The position numbers and the translations under genes were made by a program. Under the pieces are notes generated by a model. The model did no database searches. It was not told the origin of the DNA and saw only the letters and a program-made list of their open reading frames with translations. From Luteolibacter sp. (GTDB lineage Bacteria > Verrucomicrobiota > Verrucomicrobiia > Verrucomicrobiales > Akkermansiaceae), in the NCBI GenBank assembly GCA_965659125.1, contig CBFHVO010000004.1, positions 6,032 through 70,031 on the forward strand: DNA of 64,000 nt. Direction: 5' to 3'. Positions 46,283 to 56,195 of this stretch are shown in pieces; positions within the stretch are counted from its first letter, which is position 1, and every line of letters begins with the position of its first letter.

Positions 46283-46405
46283 GAGCTGTGACGCTTTTTA
46301 GAGACTTGAAAGAGAATTGGCAGCTTCATTTCAGCCGATTCACTGGCGAATTACGGGTTGAAGGCATGAGTTTCATGTATTAAACTACGCAGCCATTTTT
46401 GTCCG

Positions 46406-47098
46406 ATGGTTTTTCCTTTTTCTGCCAAAACCTACTGCCTGATCGCAATCCTCATGGTGCTGGGTCAGCGGTCGGATGCTGCGGTTCTGCTTGGCACGGA
46501 TTTCTCTGGCCGAACGGCAAGTGGCGCGACTGCCAGTAATTTGACCTACACGCTGAATGGCTTTGCCAATCCCGGGGATCTGACCGCGTTAAAAGAAACT
46601 CCGGAGGATAATTCCAGGTTTGACGGTTTGTTTGATACGTTCCGTAGTTACAATCATTTCGCAGTTGACCGCAATGTCGGTAACGAGGGGCCGTGGAGTG
46701 TTGATGTCCCACTCGTGCTGACTGTCACCCAGTTGCAGATTGATGGTATCCATCTGGATTGGCAGGATTTCGACAACTTTGGCAATTTCCAATCTGCAGG
46801 GCGTGACAAGGTTTACACGGCCACTCTCCTGAACTCTTCGATGACCCAATTGGCCGCGAAGGCGGTTCAATCGGCGAGCGCAACCAGCGGCCAGGATCTA
46901 ATCACGTTTGACGCGCCTGTATTGCTCACAAACTCGGACACCTATATTCTCAATATCCGTGCAGAGCACGGCAATACTGCGGAGGGCAACAACACGGGCA
47001 TTGATGCGTTTGAGGTCAGGGGAGCAATCATTCCCGAACCCTCGTCCGTGCTGCTCCTCAGCCTCGGCAGTCTGATCCTGCTGCGACGCAGTCGTTGA
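46406..47098 (+). CDS. PEP-CTERM sorting-domain protein
   Basis: An N-terminal signal peptide. The C-terminal 'IPEPSSVLLLSLGSLILLRRSR' is the PEP motif, a TM helix and a basic tail. Confidence 0.85.
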   Translation: MVFPFSAKTYCLIAILMVLGQRSDAAVLLGTDFSGRTASGATASNLTYTLNGFANPGDLTALKETPEDNSRFDGLFDTFRSYNHFAVDRNVGNEGPWSVDVPLVLTVTQLQIDGIHLDWQDFDNFGNFQSAGRDKVYTATLLNSSMTQLAAKAVQSASATSGQDLITFDAPVLLTNSDTYILNIRAEHGNTAEGNNTGIDAFEVRGAIIPEPSSVLLLSLGSLILLRRSR

Positions 47099-47118
47099 TC
47101 GAGTTTTTGCAATTAAAG

Positions 47119-48123
47119 ATGAGCACGGCTCCCATTGTTTCGGTTGTCATGCCTCTGCGCGATGCGGCAGGCACGCTGGAGGCAGCGATTGCAAGTATCT
47201 GTGCTCAGACTTTCGGCGATTGGGAGCTGATTGTGGTGGATGATGGCTCCACGGATGGAAGCTCCGCTCTGCTAGATCAGCTCGCTGCAGGCGACGATGA
47301 GCGTATCCGCATCGAGCACACCGGGGCTCTTGGGGTTGCGCCTGCGATGACATACGGCTGTGAGTTAGCGCGTGGCGAGTGGATCGCGCGCATGGATGCC
47401 GATGACTGGATGCATCCCGAGCGATTGGCCAAGCAATTGGAGTATGCGAAACAACATCCCGAACTCGGAGTGATCTCCTGCCGAGTGGGCTACGGCGGGG
47501 AGGGGGAGGGCTACCGCGCTCATGTTGATTGGCTCAACACTGTGATGAGTCCCGATGTGATTGCCCTGCGTCGTTTTGTCGAGGCACCCGTGGCCAATCC
47601 ATCGGTGATGTTTCGCAGTGAGCTGATCGCACAATTCGGTGGGGTTCTCGATGGTGATTTTCCCGAAGACTATGAACTCTGGTTGCGCTGGTTGGATGCG
47701 GGGGTGCGCATCGGCAAAGTGGATGAGGAGCTCTTGATTTGGAATGATCCGCCAACGCGTCTCACCCGTAACGATCCCCGCTATGCGCTGGAGCGCTTTT
47801 ACGAACTCAAATGCAAGTGGCTGGCCAAGTGGCTTGAGCGCGAGGTGAAGCCTGAGCGCAAACTCTGGCTGTGGGGCGCGGGACGGGTGACGCGTCGCCG
47901 CTTTGAAAGTCTGCCAAATGTCCACGGCTACATTGACATTGATCCCAAGAAGCTCGGCGCTCAGCGAGATGGCCGACTGGTGCGCTTGCACGATGATCTG
48001 CCTTCACCCTGTGAGGCCTTCATCATTGTCGGTGTTGCCAAGCGCGGGGTGCGCGATGAGATCCAGCAAGTGCTTGTCGCCGAGGGCTGGCTCGAGGGCC
48101 GCGACTATCTATTGTGCGCCTGA
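47119..48123 (+). CDS. Family 2 glycosyltransferase
   Basis: 'VSVVMPLRDAAGTLEAAIASICAQTFGDWELIVVDDGSTDGS' and 'ARMDADD' (the DxD). ATG at 47119; the track uses an upstream TTG. Confidence 0.85.
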   Translation: MSTAPIVSVVMPLRDAAGTLEAAIASICAQTFGDWELIVVDDGSTDGSSALLDQLAAGDDERIRIEHTGALGVAPAMTYGCELARGEWIARMDADDWMHPERLAKQLEYAKQHPELGVISCRVGYGGEGEGYRAHVDWLNTVMSPDVIALRRFVEAPVANPSVMFRSELIAQFGGVLDGDFPEDYELWLRWLDAGVRIGKVDEELLIWNDPPTRLTRNDPRYALERFYELKCKWLAKWLEREVKPERKLWLWGAGRVTRRRFESLPNVHGYIDIDPKKLGAQRDGRLVRLHDDLPSPCEAFIIVGVAKRGVRDEIQQVLVAEGWLEGRDYLLCA

Positions 48124-48124
48124 T

Positions 48125-49435
48125 TCAGGACTGCTCCGGCACGATGGCGCCGTGTTGTTTGAGCAAGGAGTGTAGGTCTTTGAGTGGCACCTTGCCGGGT
48201 GTGGTGCCGTTCATCGCGGCGATCACGGCGGCGCAGGCGGCAGCCTGGCCCATCGCCATACAGGGGGCTTGCACGCGCAGACCGGAGTTGGCGAGGCGGT
48301 CGCTGGAAACGCAGCGACCCGCCACAATGATGTTCTCGCTGTCCTTGGGAATGAGGGCGGAAATGGGAACGGTCGGCACCACACCCTTGGCCAGCGGCTC
48401 GGGTTTGACGCCGTTTTTGGTGTGCAGGTCCACTGGATAAAAGGCGTAGCAGATGGCATCGTCGAAGTGGCGGCCGGAACGGTAATCTTCAACCGTGATC
48501 ACGGTTTCGCCCTCGATGCGGTAGCTTTCGCGGAACCCCGGCTCGGGTTGCAAATGCATCAGGCGCTTCCCGGTCTTGCGGACTTTTTCCAGAACCGCTC
48601 TGCGACCGGTGAGGCTGGCTTCGGTGACTGTGCGCGAGTTGGTGGAGTCCGCGCCATGCACGTAAATGGCATGCAACAGGCCGGTGCCACGAGATTTGAC
48701 CGGGCGGCCGGGATTGTTGGCTTCATCAATGAGGAACTGGATGGAGCCGGGCTGGCGGACTTCTCCGCGCAAACGTGAATGGCCCAGCATGCCGGCGATT
48801 TCCGCACCACCCGTGCAGTCGACGATTTGCTTGCAGAGCACACGGCGGCGGGTGCCGAAGCCAACGCAGTCGACTTGCCAGCCGTCCTTGGTTTTGGTGA
48901 TCTTGTGAGGAGACTCATGGTAGGCGATTTCGACACCGGCCTGAGCGCATTTTTCCTCGGCGAGTATGTAATAAAGAAACTGGTTGATGTGGACCTGATT
49001 CTGCCAGTGGTCCCTGGGAACCTTGGAGAAATCGGGCAGGGTGCCGCCGTCGAGTTCCACGCATTCCCTAACCAACTCCCAGCCGATACCGGCGATGATT
49101 TGTTTGCCCCAAGCGTCGAAGAGGCCGGGAAAACAGACTCCTCCGCGAGTGGTCATGCCGCCCAAGTAGGAGGCACGTTCCATCAGCAGGGTCTTGGCAC
49201 CAGCGCGGCCGGCTTGGATGCCGGCGATGGTTCCGGCAGACCCGCCGCCGACCACGAGCACATCGAGCTCGGTGGTGATGTCGAGGCCCAATGGGCCGGC
49301 AACGCTCTCACTGTCCCGGGCAAGGGTGACATCAGTGGTGCTGGCCAATGAGATGCCGGCAGCGGCGACGGCTCCTTTGGTAATGAATGAGCGGCGGTCG
49401 AGCGGATGATGAGAGTTGGAATCAGACATGGCCAT
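48125..49435 (-). CDS. Tat-exported FAD-dependent oxidoreductase (FAD_oxidored/PF12831-like)
   Basis: Tat motif 'LDRRSFITKGAVAAAGISLA'. The dinucleotide fold is 'DVLVVGGGSAGTIAGIQAGRAGAKTLLMER'. Start at MAMSDSN (49435) or MSDSN (49429). Confidence 0.75.
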   Translation of the reverse strand: MAMSDSNSHHPLDRRSFITKGAVAAAGISLASTTDVTLARDSESVAGPLGLDITTELDVLVVGGGSAGTIAGIQAGRAGAKTLLMERASYLGGMTTRGGVCFPGLFDAWGKQIIAGIGWELVRECVELDGGTLPDFSKVPRDHWQNQVHINQFLYYILAEEKCAQAGVEIAYHESPHKITKTKDGWQVDCVGFGTRRRVLCKQIVDCTGGAEIAGMLGHSRLRGEVRQPGSIQFLIDEANNPGRPVKSRGTGLLHAIYVHGADSTNSRTVTEASLTGRRAVLEKVRKTGKRLMHLQPEPGFRESYRIEGETVITVEDYRSGRHFDDAICYAFYPVDLHTKNGVKPEPLAKGVVPTVPISALIPKDSENIIVAGRCVSSDRLANSGLRVQAPCMAMGQAAACAAVIAAMNGTTPGKVPLKDLHSLLKQHGAIVPEQS

Positions 49436-49476
49436 GAGAAGTGATTGTCTAATACTTCGCCTCGAAAGTCGAACTA

Positions 49477-50805
49477 TCAGGTCTGCCAACGCTCAATGGC
49501 GAGGCGGATGCCCGCGGCCTTGTGCAGGGTTTCCTGATATTCGTGGGCGGGATCGGAGTCGGCGACAATGCCTGCGCCCACCTGATAGCTGAGGGTGTCG
49601 CCCTCGCGCACCAAGGTGCGAATAGCGATGTTAAAGGAACTCTCGCCATTGCGGCCCAGCCAGCCGATCGCACCGCAGTAGATGCCGCGCTGACGGGCTT
49701 CGAGCTGCTCGATGATCTCCATCGCCCGTTTCTTGGGGGCGCCGGTGATGCTGCCTCCCGGGAAGCAGCGGGCCAGGCAGTCGATGGCATCGTAATCCTT
49801 GCCAAGCGTGCCGGTGATGGTGGAGACAAGGTGGTGCACTTGCTCCAGAGATTCGAGTTGAAGCATTTCGTCGACTTCCACCGAGCCGAATTCGCAGACT
49901 TGACCGAGGTCATTTCGTAACAGGTCGGTGATCATGATGAGTTCGGCAATCTCCTTGGGCGAGGTTTGCAGTTCGTAGGCAGAGCGCGTGTCGGCATCGG
50001 GATCCTCGAAGCGTGGACGCGTGCCCTTGATGGGTCGGGTTTCGACTTGGCGGCCCGAAATCTTGAGGAAGCTTTCGGGTGAGGAGCTGAGCACCTCTTT
50101 GCCGGCCAGTGAGAGCCAGGCCGCCATCGGAGCGGGGGAGGCGTCGCGCAGGGCCTCGTAGAGACCGAAGAGCGAGCCGCCTTCGATTTTGGCCTCAAAG
50201 GCTTGAGAGAAGTTGGCTTGGTAAATGTCGCCGGCGCGGATCCACTCCTGAATGTGCTGCACGGATTCAATGAATCGTGACTCAGTCTGCAGTGGCTTGA
50301 AAGAGGAGATGGTGGCCACATCATCGGTGCTCTCGGCAAGCTGGCCAGAGAGTTCGCCCAATTCCCACCATTGGTCGTGGCCGTGATCAAAAATCAGCAT
50401 CTGGTCATACTGGCCGAAGATGAATTCACCCTCATAGCCGACCCAGCCGGCGAGGCCTCCGAGCGCAAAGCCGTGGTCGCCGGCGACTTCGGGTAACTCG
50501 GTGAGGGCGGCACGCAGGCTAGCGCGGTCCCCGGCCCGATGGATGGAGCCTTGCAACATCCGGCGGGGTGATGCGGCGATCAGTGAGACGGGTTGGCCCG
50601 CCGAGCTTGGTAGGTGGCCGGAGGTGTCAAAGAAGCACAGCCCGGGCAGATGGCGCAGCTGCCTGACGACCTCCAAGGGTTCCATGCCTTCGAGAGCTGG
50701 GCAGGTGCGGGGGGGTGGAATGACGATCTGCGCCATGGGGGCAACAAACAGCGTGGGAAGCTTGGAAGGCAAGTCGTAAGGGGCATTTGGTGCCGAAATC
50801 CGCAA
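49477..50805 (-). CDS. pabB: Chorismate-utilising enzyme, aminodeoxychorismate synthase component I-like
   Basis: C-terminal chorismate-binding blocks are 'FPGGSITGAPKKRAMEIIEQLE', 'RGIYCGAIGW' and 'VGAGIVADSDP'. The start codon is uncertain, with several in-frame Met. Confidence 0.75.
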   Translation of the reverse strand: MRISAPNAPYDLPSKLPTLFVAPMAQIVIPPPRTCPALEGMEPLEVVRQLRHLPGLCFFDTSGHLPSSAGQPVSLIAASPRRMLQGSIHRAGDRASLRAALTELPEVAGDHGFALGGLAGWVGYEGEFIFGQYDQMLIFDHGHDQWWELGELSGQLAESTDDVATISSFKPLQTESRFIESVQHIQEWIRAGDIYQANFSQAFEAKIEGGSLFGLYEALRDASPAPMAAWLSLAGKEVLSSSPESFLKISGRQVETRPIKGTRPRFEDPDADTRSAYELQTSPKEIAELIMITDLLRNDLGQVCEFGSVEVDEMLQLESLEQVHHLVSTITGTLGKDYDAIDCLARCFPGGSITGAPKKRAMEIIEQLEARQRGIYCGAIGWLGRNGESSFNIAIRTLVREGDTLSYQVGAGIVADSDPAHEYQETLHKAAGIRLAIERWQT

Positions 50806-50916
50806 AAACCTCAGATTTGACCAACTCCAGGGTTGCCAAATTCTTCGCTGCGACTAGGAATGCGCCCCCGGCGCGCTTGACACCATGCCGCTCGACACAA
50901 CCCCACGCATATCTCC

Positions 50917-53007
50917 ATGAAGGACCTCCTCAAATATCGCAACATCGGTATTTTCGCCCACGTTGATGCGGGCAAGACCACGACCACCGAACGTATCCTC
51001 AAGCTGACCGGCAAGATCCACAAGATCGGTGAGGTGCACGACGGTGAGTCAACCATGGACTTCATGGAGCAGGAAGCGGAGCGCGGCATCACCATTCAGT
51101 CGGCCGCGACCTCCTGTTTCTGGCGCGACCATCAGTTCAACGTCATCGACACCCCGGGTCACGTGGACTTCACCATTGAAGTGTATCGTTCGCTCAAGGT
51201 GCTCGACGGTGGTATTGGTGTGTTCTGCGGATCGGGTGGTGTGGAGCCTCAGTCCGAGACCAACTGGCGCTACGCCAACGACTCCAAGGTGTCGCGCATC
51301 ATCTATGTCAACAAACTCGACCGCATTGGTGCGGACTTCTATCGCGTGGTGGATCAGGTCAAGAAAGTGCTGGGCGCGGTCCCGCTTGTCATGGTCTTGC
51401 CCATCGGCACCGAGTCCGATTTCAAAGGTGTTGTCGACCTTCTGAGCATGAAGGCCTACATCTGGGACGAGTCCGGACAGCCCGAGAACTTCACCATTGA
51501 AGACATCCCCGCCGACATGCAGGCCAAGGCCGAGGAATACCGCGCGCTCTTGGTCGAAACTGCGGTTGAGCAGGACGACGATGTCATGGAAGCCTACCTC
51601 GAGGGTAACGAGCCCGATGTTGAGACCCTTAAGAAGTGCATCCGCAAGGGCACCATCGATCTCGCCTTCTTCCCGACCTACTGCGGCTCTTCCTTCAAGA
51701 ATAAGGGCCTGCAGCTCATCCTCGACGCCGTGGTCGACTTCCTGCCTTCGCCACTCGAAGTGAAGCCACTTCCCGAAGTGGACGAAGAGGGTAATGAGAC
51801 CGGCAAGTTCGCCGAGGCCAAGGCTGACGCCCCCTTCCGCGGTCTGGCCTTCAAGATCATGGACGACCAGTTCGGTGCCCTGACCTTCACCCGCATCTAC
51901 TCAGGCACCATCAAGAAGGGCGACACCATCCTCAACTCGGCAACGGGTAAAACGGAGCGCATCAGCCGTATGGTTGAGATGCACGCCGATGACCGCAACG
52001 AACTTGATATGGCGCAAGCCGGTGACATCGTCGCCCTGGTAGGCCTTAAAAACGTTCAGACGGGTCACACCCTCTGTGATCAAAAGAACCCCGCCACGCT
52101 CGAGCCCATGGTCTTCCCGGATCCGGTGATCTCGATTGCGGTAGCCGCCAAGGACAAGGCCAACGCCGAGAAGCTCTCCAACGCCATCGGCAAGATGGTC
52201 GCCGAGGATCCCTCCTTCCGCGTCGAAACCGACGAGGAAACCGGCGAGACCATCCTCAAGGGCATGGGTGAGCTTCACCTCGACATCAAAATCGACATCC
52301 TCAAGCGCACCCACAAGGTGGAGGTCGAAGTCGGCGCACCCCAGGTGGCCTACCGTGAAACCATCACCAAGCTCGTCTCCGACAGCTACACCCACAAGAA
52401 GCAGTCCGGTGGTTCGGGTCAGTTCGCAAAAATCGACTACACCATCGAGCCGCAGGAGCCCGGTGAAGGTTTCGTCTTCGAATCCAGCGTGGTCGGCGGC
52501 AACGTGCCCAAGGAATACATCCCGGCTGTGGAGAAAGGCTTCAAGCTATCCCTCGAGAAGGGCCCGCTAGCCGGTTACCCCTGCTTGGACTTCAAGGTGA
52601 CTCTGACCGATGGTGGTTTCCACGCCGTGGACTCCTCCGCCATAGCCTTCGAAATCGCCTCCAAGGCTGCTTATCGCCAGACCATGCCCAAGGCGGGTCC
52701 GCAGATTCTCGAGCCCATGATGAAACTCGATGTATTCTCTCCCGAAGAGAAGATTGGTGATGTCATCGGTGACCTCAACCGTCGCCGCGGCATGATCCAA
52801 GGCCAGGAACCCACCCCCGGTGGTGTCCGTGTCAAAGCCGAGGCTCCGCTGAGCGAAATGTTCGGCTACATCGGTGACCTTCGCACCATGACTTCGGGTC
52901 GCGGCCAGTTCTCGATGGAGTTCAGCCACTACTCCCCTTGCCCCAAGAACGTCTCCGAAGAGGTGATCGCCAAGGCCAAGGAGCGCGAAGAGGCCAAGAA
53001 AAAGTAA
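50917..53007 (+). CDS. fusA: Translation elongation factor G
   Basis: '[21 protein letters not shown]' (G1), 'DTPGHVDF' (G3), 'NKLDR' (G4) and a full five-domain length of 696 aa. Confidence 0.9.
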   Translation: MKDLLKYRNIGIFAHVDAGKTTTTERILKLTGKIHKIGEVHDGESTMDFMEQEAERGITIQSAATSCFWRDHQFNVIDTPGHVDFTIEVYRSLKVLDGGIGVFCGSGGVEPQSETNWRYANDSKVSRIIYVNKLDRIGADFYRVVDQVKKVLGAVPLVMVLPIGTESDFKGVVDLLSMKAYIWDESGQPENFTIEDIPADMQAKAEEYRALLVETAVEQDDDVMEAYLEGNEPDVETLKKCIRKGTIDLAFFPTYCGSSFKNKGLQLILDAVVDFLPSPLEVKPLPEVDEEGNETGKFAEAKADAPFRGLAFKIMDDQFGALTFTRIYSGTIKKGDTILNSATGKTERISRMVEMHADDRNELDMAQAGDIVALVGLKNVQTGHTLCDQKNPATLEPMVFPDPVISIAVAAKDKANAEKLSNAIGKMVAEDPSFRVETDEETGETILKGMGELHLDIKIDILKRTHKVEVEVGAPQVAYRETITKLVSDSYTHKKQSGGSGQFAKIDYTIEPQEPGEGFVFESSVVGGNVPKEYIPAVEKGFKLSLEKGPLAGYPCLDFKVTLTDGGFHAVDSSAIAFEIASKAAYRQTMPKAGPQILEPMMKLDVFSPEEKIGDVIGDLNRRRGMIQGQEPTPGGVRVKAEAPLSEMFGYIGDLRTMTSGRGQFSMEFSHYSPCPKNVSEEVIAKAKEREEAKKK

Positions 53008-53030
53008 GTCACATCCGGCTCCCAATAAAA

Positions 53031-53064
53031 AACCCGCAGCTCTTCATGGAGCGGCGGGTTTTTT
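53031..53064 (+). terminator. Rho-independent terminator of the EF-G gene
   Basis: aacccgc-a-gctc [ttcatg] gagc-g-gcgggtt followed by a T6 run. An A-run precedes it, so it could act bidirectionally toward dprA. Confidence 0.8.
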
Positions 53065-53259
53065 GTGTGACGGTTGGTCAAGCTTGCTCCTCTGATCCTG
53101 CGGTTGCATGGGCTTGGCGGCCATTTCAGGATCCGGCTCGATGAATGTTATTTGGAAGAATCCGGATAGGGTTTCAGGATCAAGCGTGGGCCTAACAGAT
53201 TTATGGTGCGCATTGACTCCCGCAGTATGATGCGCTCGGGGGTAAAGCGTAGCGATTGA

Positions 53260-54366
53260 TTAGTTTGGTCGCCTTTTGCAGTATCGAGCTCCGGGCAGAG
53301 ATTCCACCAATCCGTGTATTTCGAGCATGGCAAGGCAACGGGTCACAATGGCCGCCTGCAGGCCGCTGGCCTCGATGATTTCGTCTGTGGTTATAGGGTC
53401 CCGGCCGATGTGCTCGAGCATCATCGATTGTTCGCTATTGAGAGCCGGTGATGCGCAGCCTGATTCAGGATCTACAGTCGCAGTGGCGAAGTGAATGCCG
53501 CCAAGATCCTCAATGATGTGGGAGGCGTCCGTGACTAGGGTGGCGCCATCACGGATCAGGCGGTGACTGCCGGCAAAATTGGCGCGCTCAATCTGGCCGG
53601 GCAGAACGAAGAGCGGACGGCCATATTCACCCGCCAAGTTGGCGGTGATCAGAGCGCCCGATTTGTCCGAGCATTCGATGACCAACACAGCCTGTGACCA
53701 AGCGGCAATGATGCGGTTGCGCATGGGAAAAGTACCCCGGTCCGGCCGGGTGTGCAGTGGGTATTCGGACACCACCGCGCCGTGGCCGGATGCAATGCGC
53801 TCGGCAAGTTGTTCGTTTTCCGCCGGGTAGAGGTGGTCGAAGCCTGAGCCGATGATGGCGATGGTTCGCCCACCTGCAGCGAGTGCTGCTTCGTGAGCGG
53901 CGGTATCGATGCCGCGAGCCAGCCCCGAAACAATCGTCTGCCCGTTACTTGCCAGCTGGTAGGTAAGTTTGCGGGTGCTTTGCAAGCCGTAGTGGCTGCA
54001 GCGTCGCGAACCGACCACGCCAATGGCCTGATGATCAGCCGCCTCCAGCTTGCCCATGCAGTAAAGTAGAATGGGCGCGTCATAGGATTCCCGCAGCAGG
54101 GCCGGATACATATGGCTCTCAGCGGTAATCAGATCAATGCCTCTGCGTCGCGCATTGGCAATCTCGGCAGCGGGGTCGCAGTGATCCTGCCAACCAAGCA
54201 GGGTGTTGGCGGTTTGTGCTCCGATACCCTGAACGCTCAAGCATGCATCCCTGCCGGCTCGCAGAACCTCCCCTGCCGAGCCGAAGTGCTGAATCAGCCT
54301 GCGGCAGCGGATGGGCCCGATGCCGGGCAGCATATTGAGCGCGACCAGCGCCTCAAGTGGTGACAT
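53260..54366 (-). CDS. dprA: DNA-processing protein DprA (Smf)
   Basis: 'LNMLPGIGPIRCRRLIQHFGSAGEVL' is the SAM/HhH N-domain. 'AIGVVGSRRCSHYG' and 'IVSGLARGIDTAAHEAAL' are Rossmann-like DprA core motifs. Confidence 0.9.
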   Translation of the reverse strand: MSPLEALVALNMLPGIGPIRCRRLIQHFGSAGEVLRAGRDACLSVQGIGAQTANTLLGWQDHCDPAAEIANARRRGIDLITAESHMYPALLRESYDAPILLYCMGKLEAADHQAIGVVGSRRCSHYGLQSTRKLTYQLASNGQTIVSGLARGIDTAAHEAALAAGGRTIAIIGSGFDHLYPAENEQLAERIASGHGAVVSEYPLHTRPDRGTFPMRNRIIAAWSQAVLVIECSDKSGALITANLAGEYGRPLFVLPGQIERANFAGSHRLIRDGATLVTDASHIIEDLGGIHFATATVDPESGCASPALNSEQSMMLEHIGRDPITTDEIIEASGLQAAIVTRCLAMLEIHGLVESLPGARYCKRRPN

Positions 54367-54433
54367 GGGTCAGAAACTGAACCGATATCATTAACGATCA
54401 ATCATAATATCATTCAAATGAATGATAATTGTA

Positions 54434-56113
54434 TCATACTCCGGCCTGCTTGAGCTCCTGCCAGAGTTGGGGGCACTCGTAAACCGGCATCCAACGTTCC
54501 ATGCCACCGGTCCAGATCATCTTGAGGGGCGGTTTCATGGTCGGATCGTTGAGCTTTTCCTTGAGTTCCTCGGCGAGGATGGGCCCAACGGCTTGGTTGT
54601 CCTGAATGTAGTACCATTCGCCTTTGCGGCCCTGTGTCGAGGGAAGCGGTACACCTGCCGAAGCGGCGCTCAGGCGCTGCTCGCGTGCCTGTGTACGAGC
54701 GATGGCCCGGGTCTTCTTCATGTCCTCGAGAGCAGCGGCCTGCTGCTCGGGAGTCATTTTCTTTTTCTCTCCCGGATTGGTTTCTGCATTGGCACTGGCG
54801 TCCAGGGATGGCAGCGCTTCCCTGCCTTGATTGGTGATTTTGCTTGGCGGCAAGAGGATCTGTTGTTGCTGAGTTTTCCGATCTTCCTCGTCGGCTGCAG
54901 AAGCGGCGGCCTTGGCGAGGTGGCCGATTTTTTTCTTCTGGGTCTTTTCGGCTGCGGCTTTGGCTTCGATGGCCTCCATGTCGGCGTCTTCCATGGCCGC
55001 TGGATCGGGCGCTACTGGTGCACCGGGGCGACGAAGTTTGCCGTCGGGACCGATGGTGGCTCTGGCCGCCACACGTTTGAGCATAGATATGGCCTTCGGG
55101 GCCTCGGCCATTGTTGCCGCTGCCGTGCCCGCGAGATTAGTGCCAGGAGCAACCGGCAAGGCGGGTGGGGGTGTGGACCTGGCCGCTATGGTTGCGGGTT
55201 CTTGCTCGCCATCTGGCTTTGCAGCGGGGCTGGGAACTTCAAACTGTGCGGCAGCTTTGGCGACCTTGACCTCCGCAACGGGATCTATGGACTGCATTGC
55301 TGGCTTGCTGGGGGTATTATCGACATCGGCACCCATGGTGGAGTCGTAGCGTCGATGTTTGGCTTGCACGCGGTCGGCTGGGATGGTCACCGCTGGAGGA
55401 GGAGTGATTTTTGCGTTCTTGTCGGCAGCCTGTAAGTAGAGGTGGTTCTTAAGATCTTCTGCCACTACGGGCTTGAGCTTGGGAACCGAGATTGGGGTAG
55501 AGTGAAGGCTGATGCGGGTGGTAAGCTTGAGGGCTTCCATCGGGTCGCGTGCCATCCATGGGAGTTCGCCAAGTTTGGGGCGGCGGTCTTTAAAGTCTCC
55601 CCACAGGGTTTGTTCCTCGTCGGTCCAGAGAATAAAGTGCTCTAGGTCGGGATTGACCAGTTCGGGGTCGGCCTCGAGAGCGGCGCCATAGAAACGGGCA
55701 GCCTGCAGGACCATGCCGTGGTGTAGGAGTGCGTTGGCCATGCCCATGTTCTGCACAGACTTGCCTTTGTTTTGCTCCAGCACCGCAGCCAACAGGCGGA
55801 TTGCTTTACGTGGTTGATCCTTGGCGAGGATTCGCGCCGCAAAGGCGATATCCATGTCGGTGCTCGGAATCTGGTCTGCTTCCCAAATGACCACGGCGGC
55901 TTGGCCGTATTGACCCTGGTCATAAAGGAGATGAGCCAATTGCTGGCGGGTATCCCAGTCGGAGGGATCTCTTTCCAGCTTGGCTTCCAGGAGCTGTTCT
56001 TGGTTTTGTTGGGTCTCGCTACTCACGTTAAGGGACGGGTGAGGGTGAGGATATGGGTTGGTTGAAAAACTACGCGAATGCGTGTTTTTTAAAAAAATAT
56101 GCGAAATGGACAA
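54434..56113 (-). CDS. TPR-repeat protein with a long Pro/Ala/Lys-rich linker and a C-terminal GYF_2-like domain
   Basis: N-terminal TPR-like helices ('QQLAHLLYDQGQYGQAAVVIWEA', 'ANALLHHGMVLQAARFYGAALEADP'), a low-complexity middle, and a C-terminal 'EWYYIQDNQAVGPILAEELKEKL' (GYF_2/DUF4339 pattern). Confidence 0.6.
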   Translation of the reverse strand: MSISHIFLKNTHSRSFSTNPYPHPHPSLNVSSETQQNQEQLLEAKLERDPSDWDTRQQLAHLLYDQGQYGQAAVVIWEADQIPSTDMDIAFAARILAKDQPRKAIRLLAAVLEQNKGKSVQNMGMANALLHHGMVLQAARFYGAALEADPELVNPDLEHFILWTDEEQTLWGDFKDRRPKLGELPWMARDPMEALKLTTRISLHSTPISVPKLKPVVAEDLKNHLYLQAADKNAKITPPPAVTIPADRVQAKHRRYDSTMGADVDNTPSKPAMQSIDPVAEVKVAKAAAQFEVPSPAAKPDGEQEPATIAARSTPPPALPVAPGTNLAGTAAATMAEAPKAISMLKRVAARATIGPDGKLRRPGAPVAPDPAAMEDADMEAIEAKAAAEKTQKKKIGHLAKAAASAADEEDRKTQQQQILLPPSKITNQGREALPSLDASANAETNPGEKKKMTPEQQAAALEDMKKTRAIARTQAREQRLSAASAGVPLPSTQGRKGEWYYIQDNQAVGPILAEELKEKLNDPTMKPPLKMIWTGGMERWMPVYECPQLWQELKQAGV

Positions 56114-56195
56114 TAAGCAAGCCTGAAAGTCAGGAAACGTGAGGCAATTGTAAAATATCAGCCTAAAAATCCGACTTCAGACCTTTAATTTGTGA

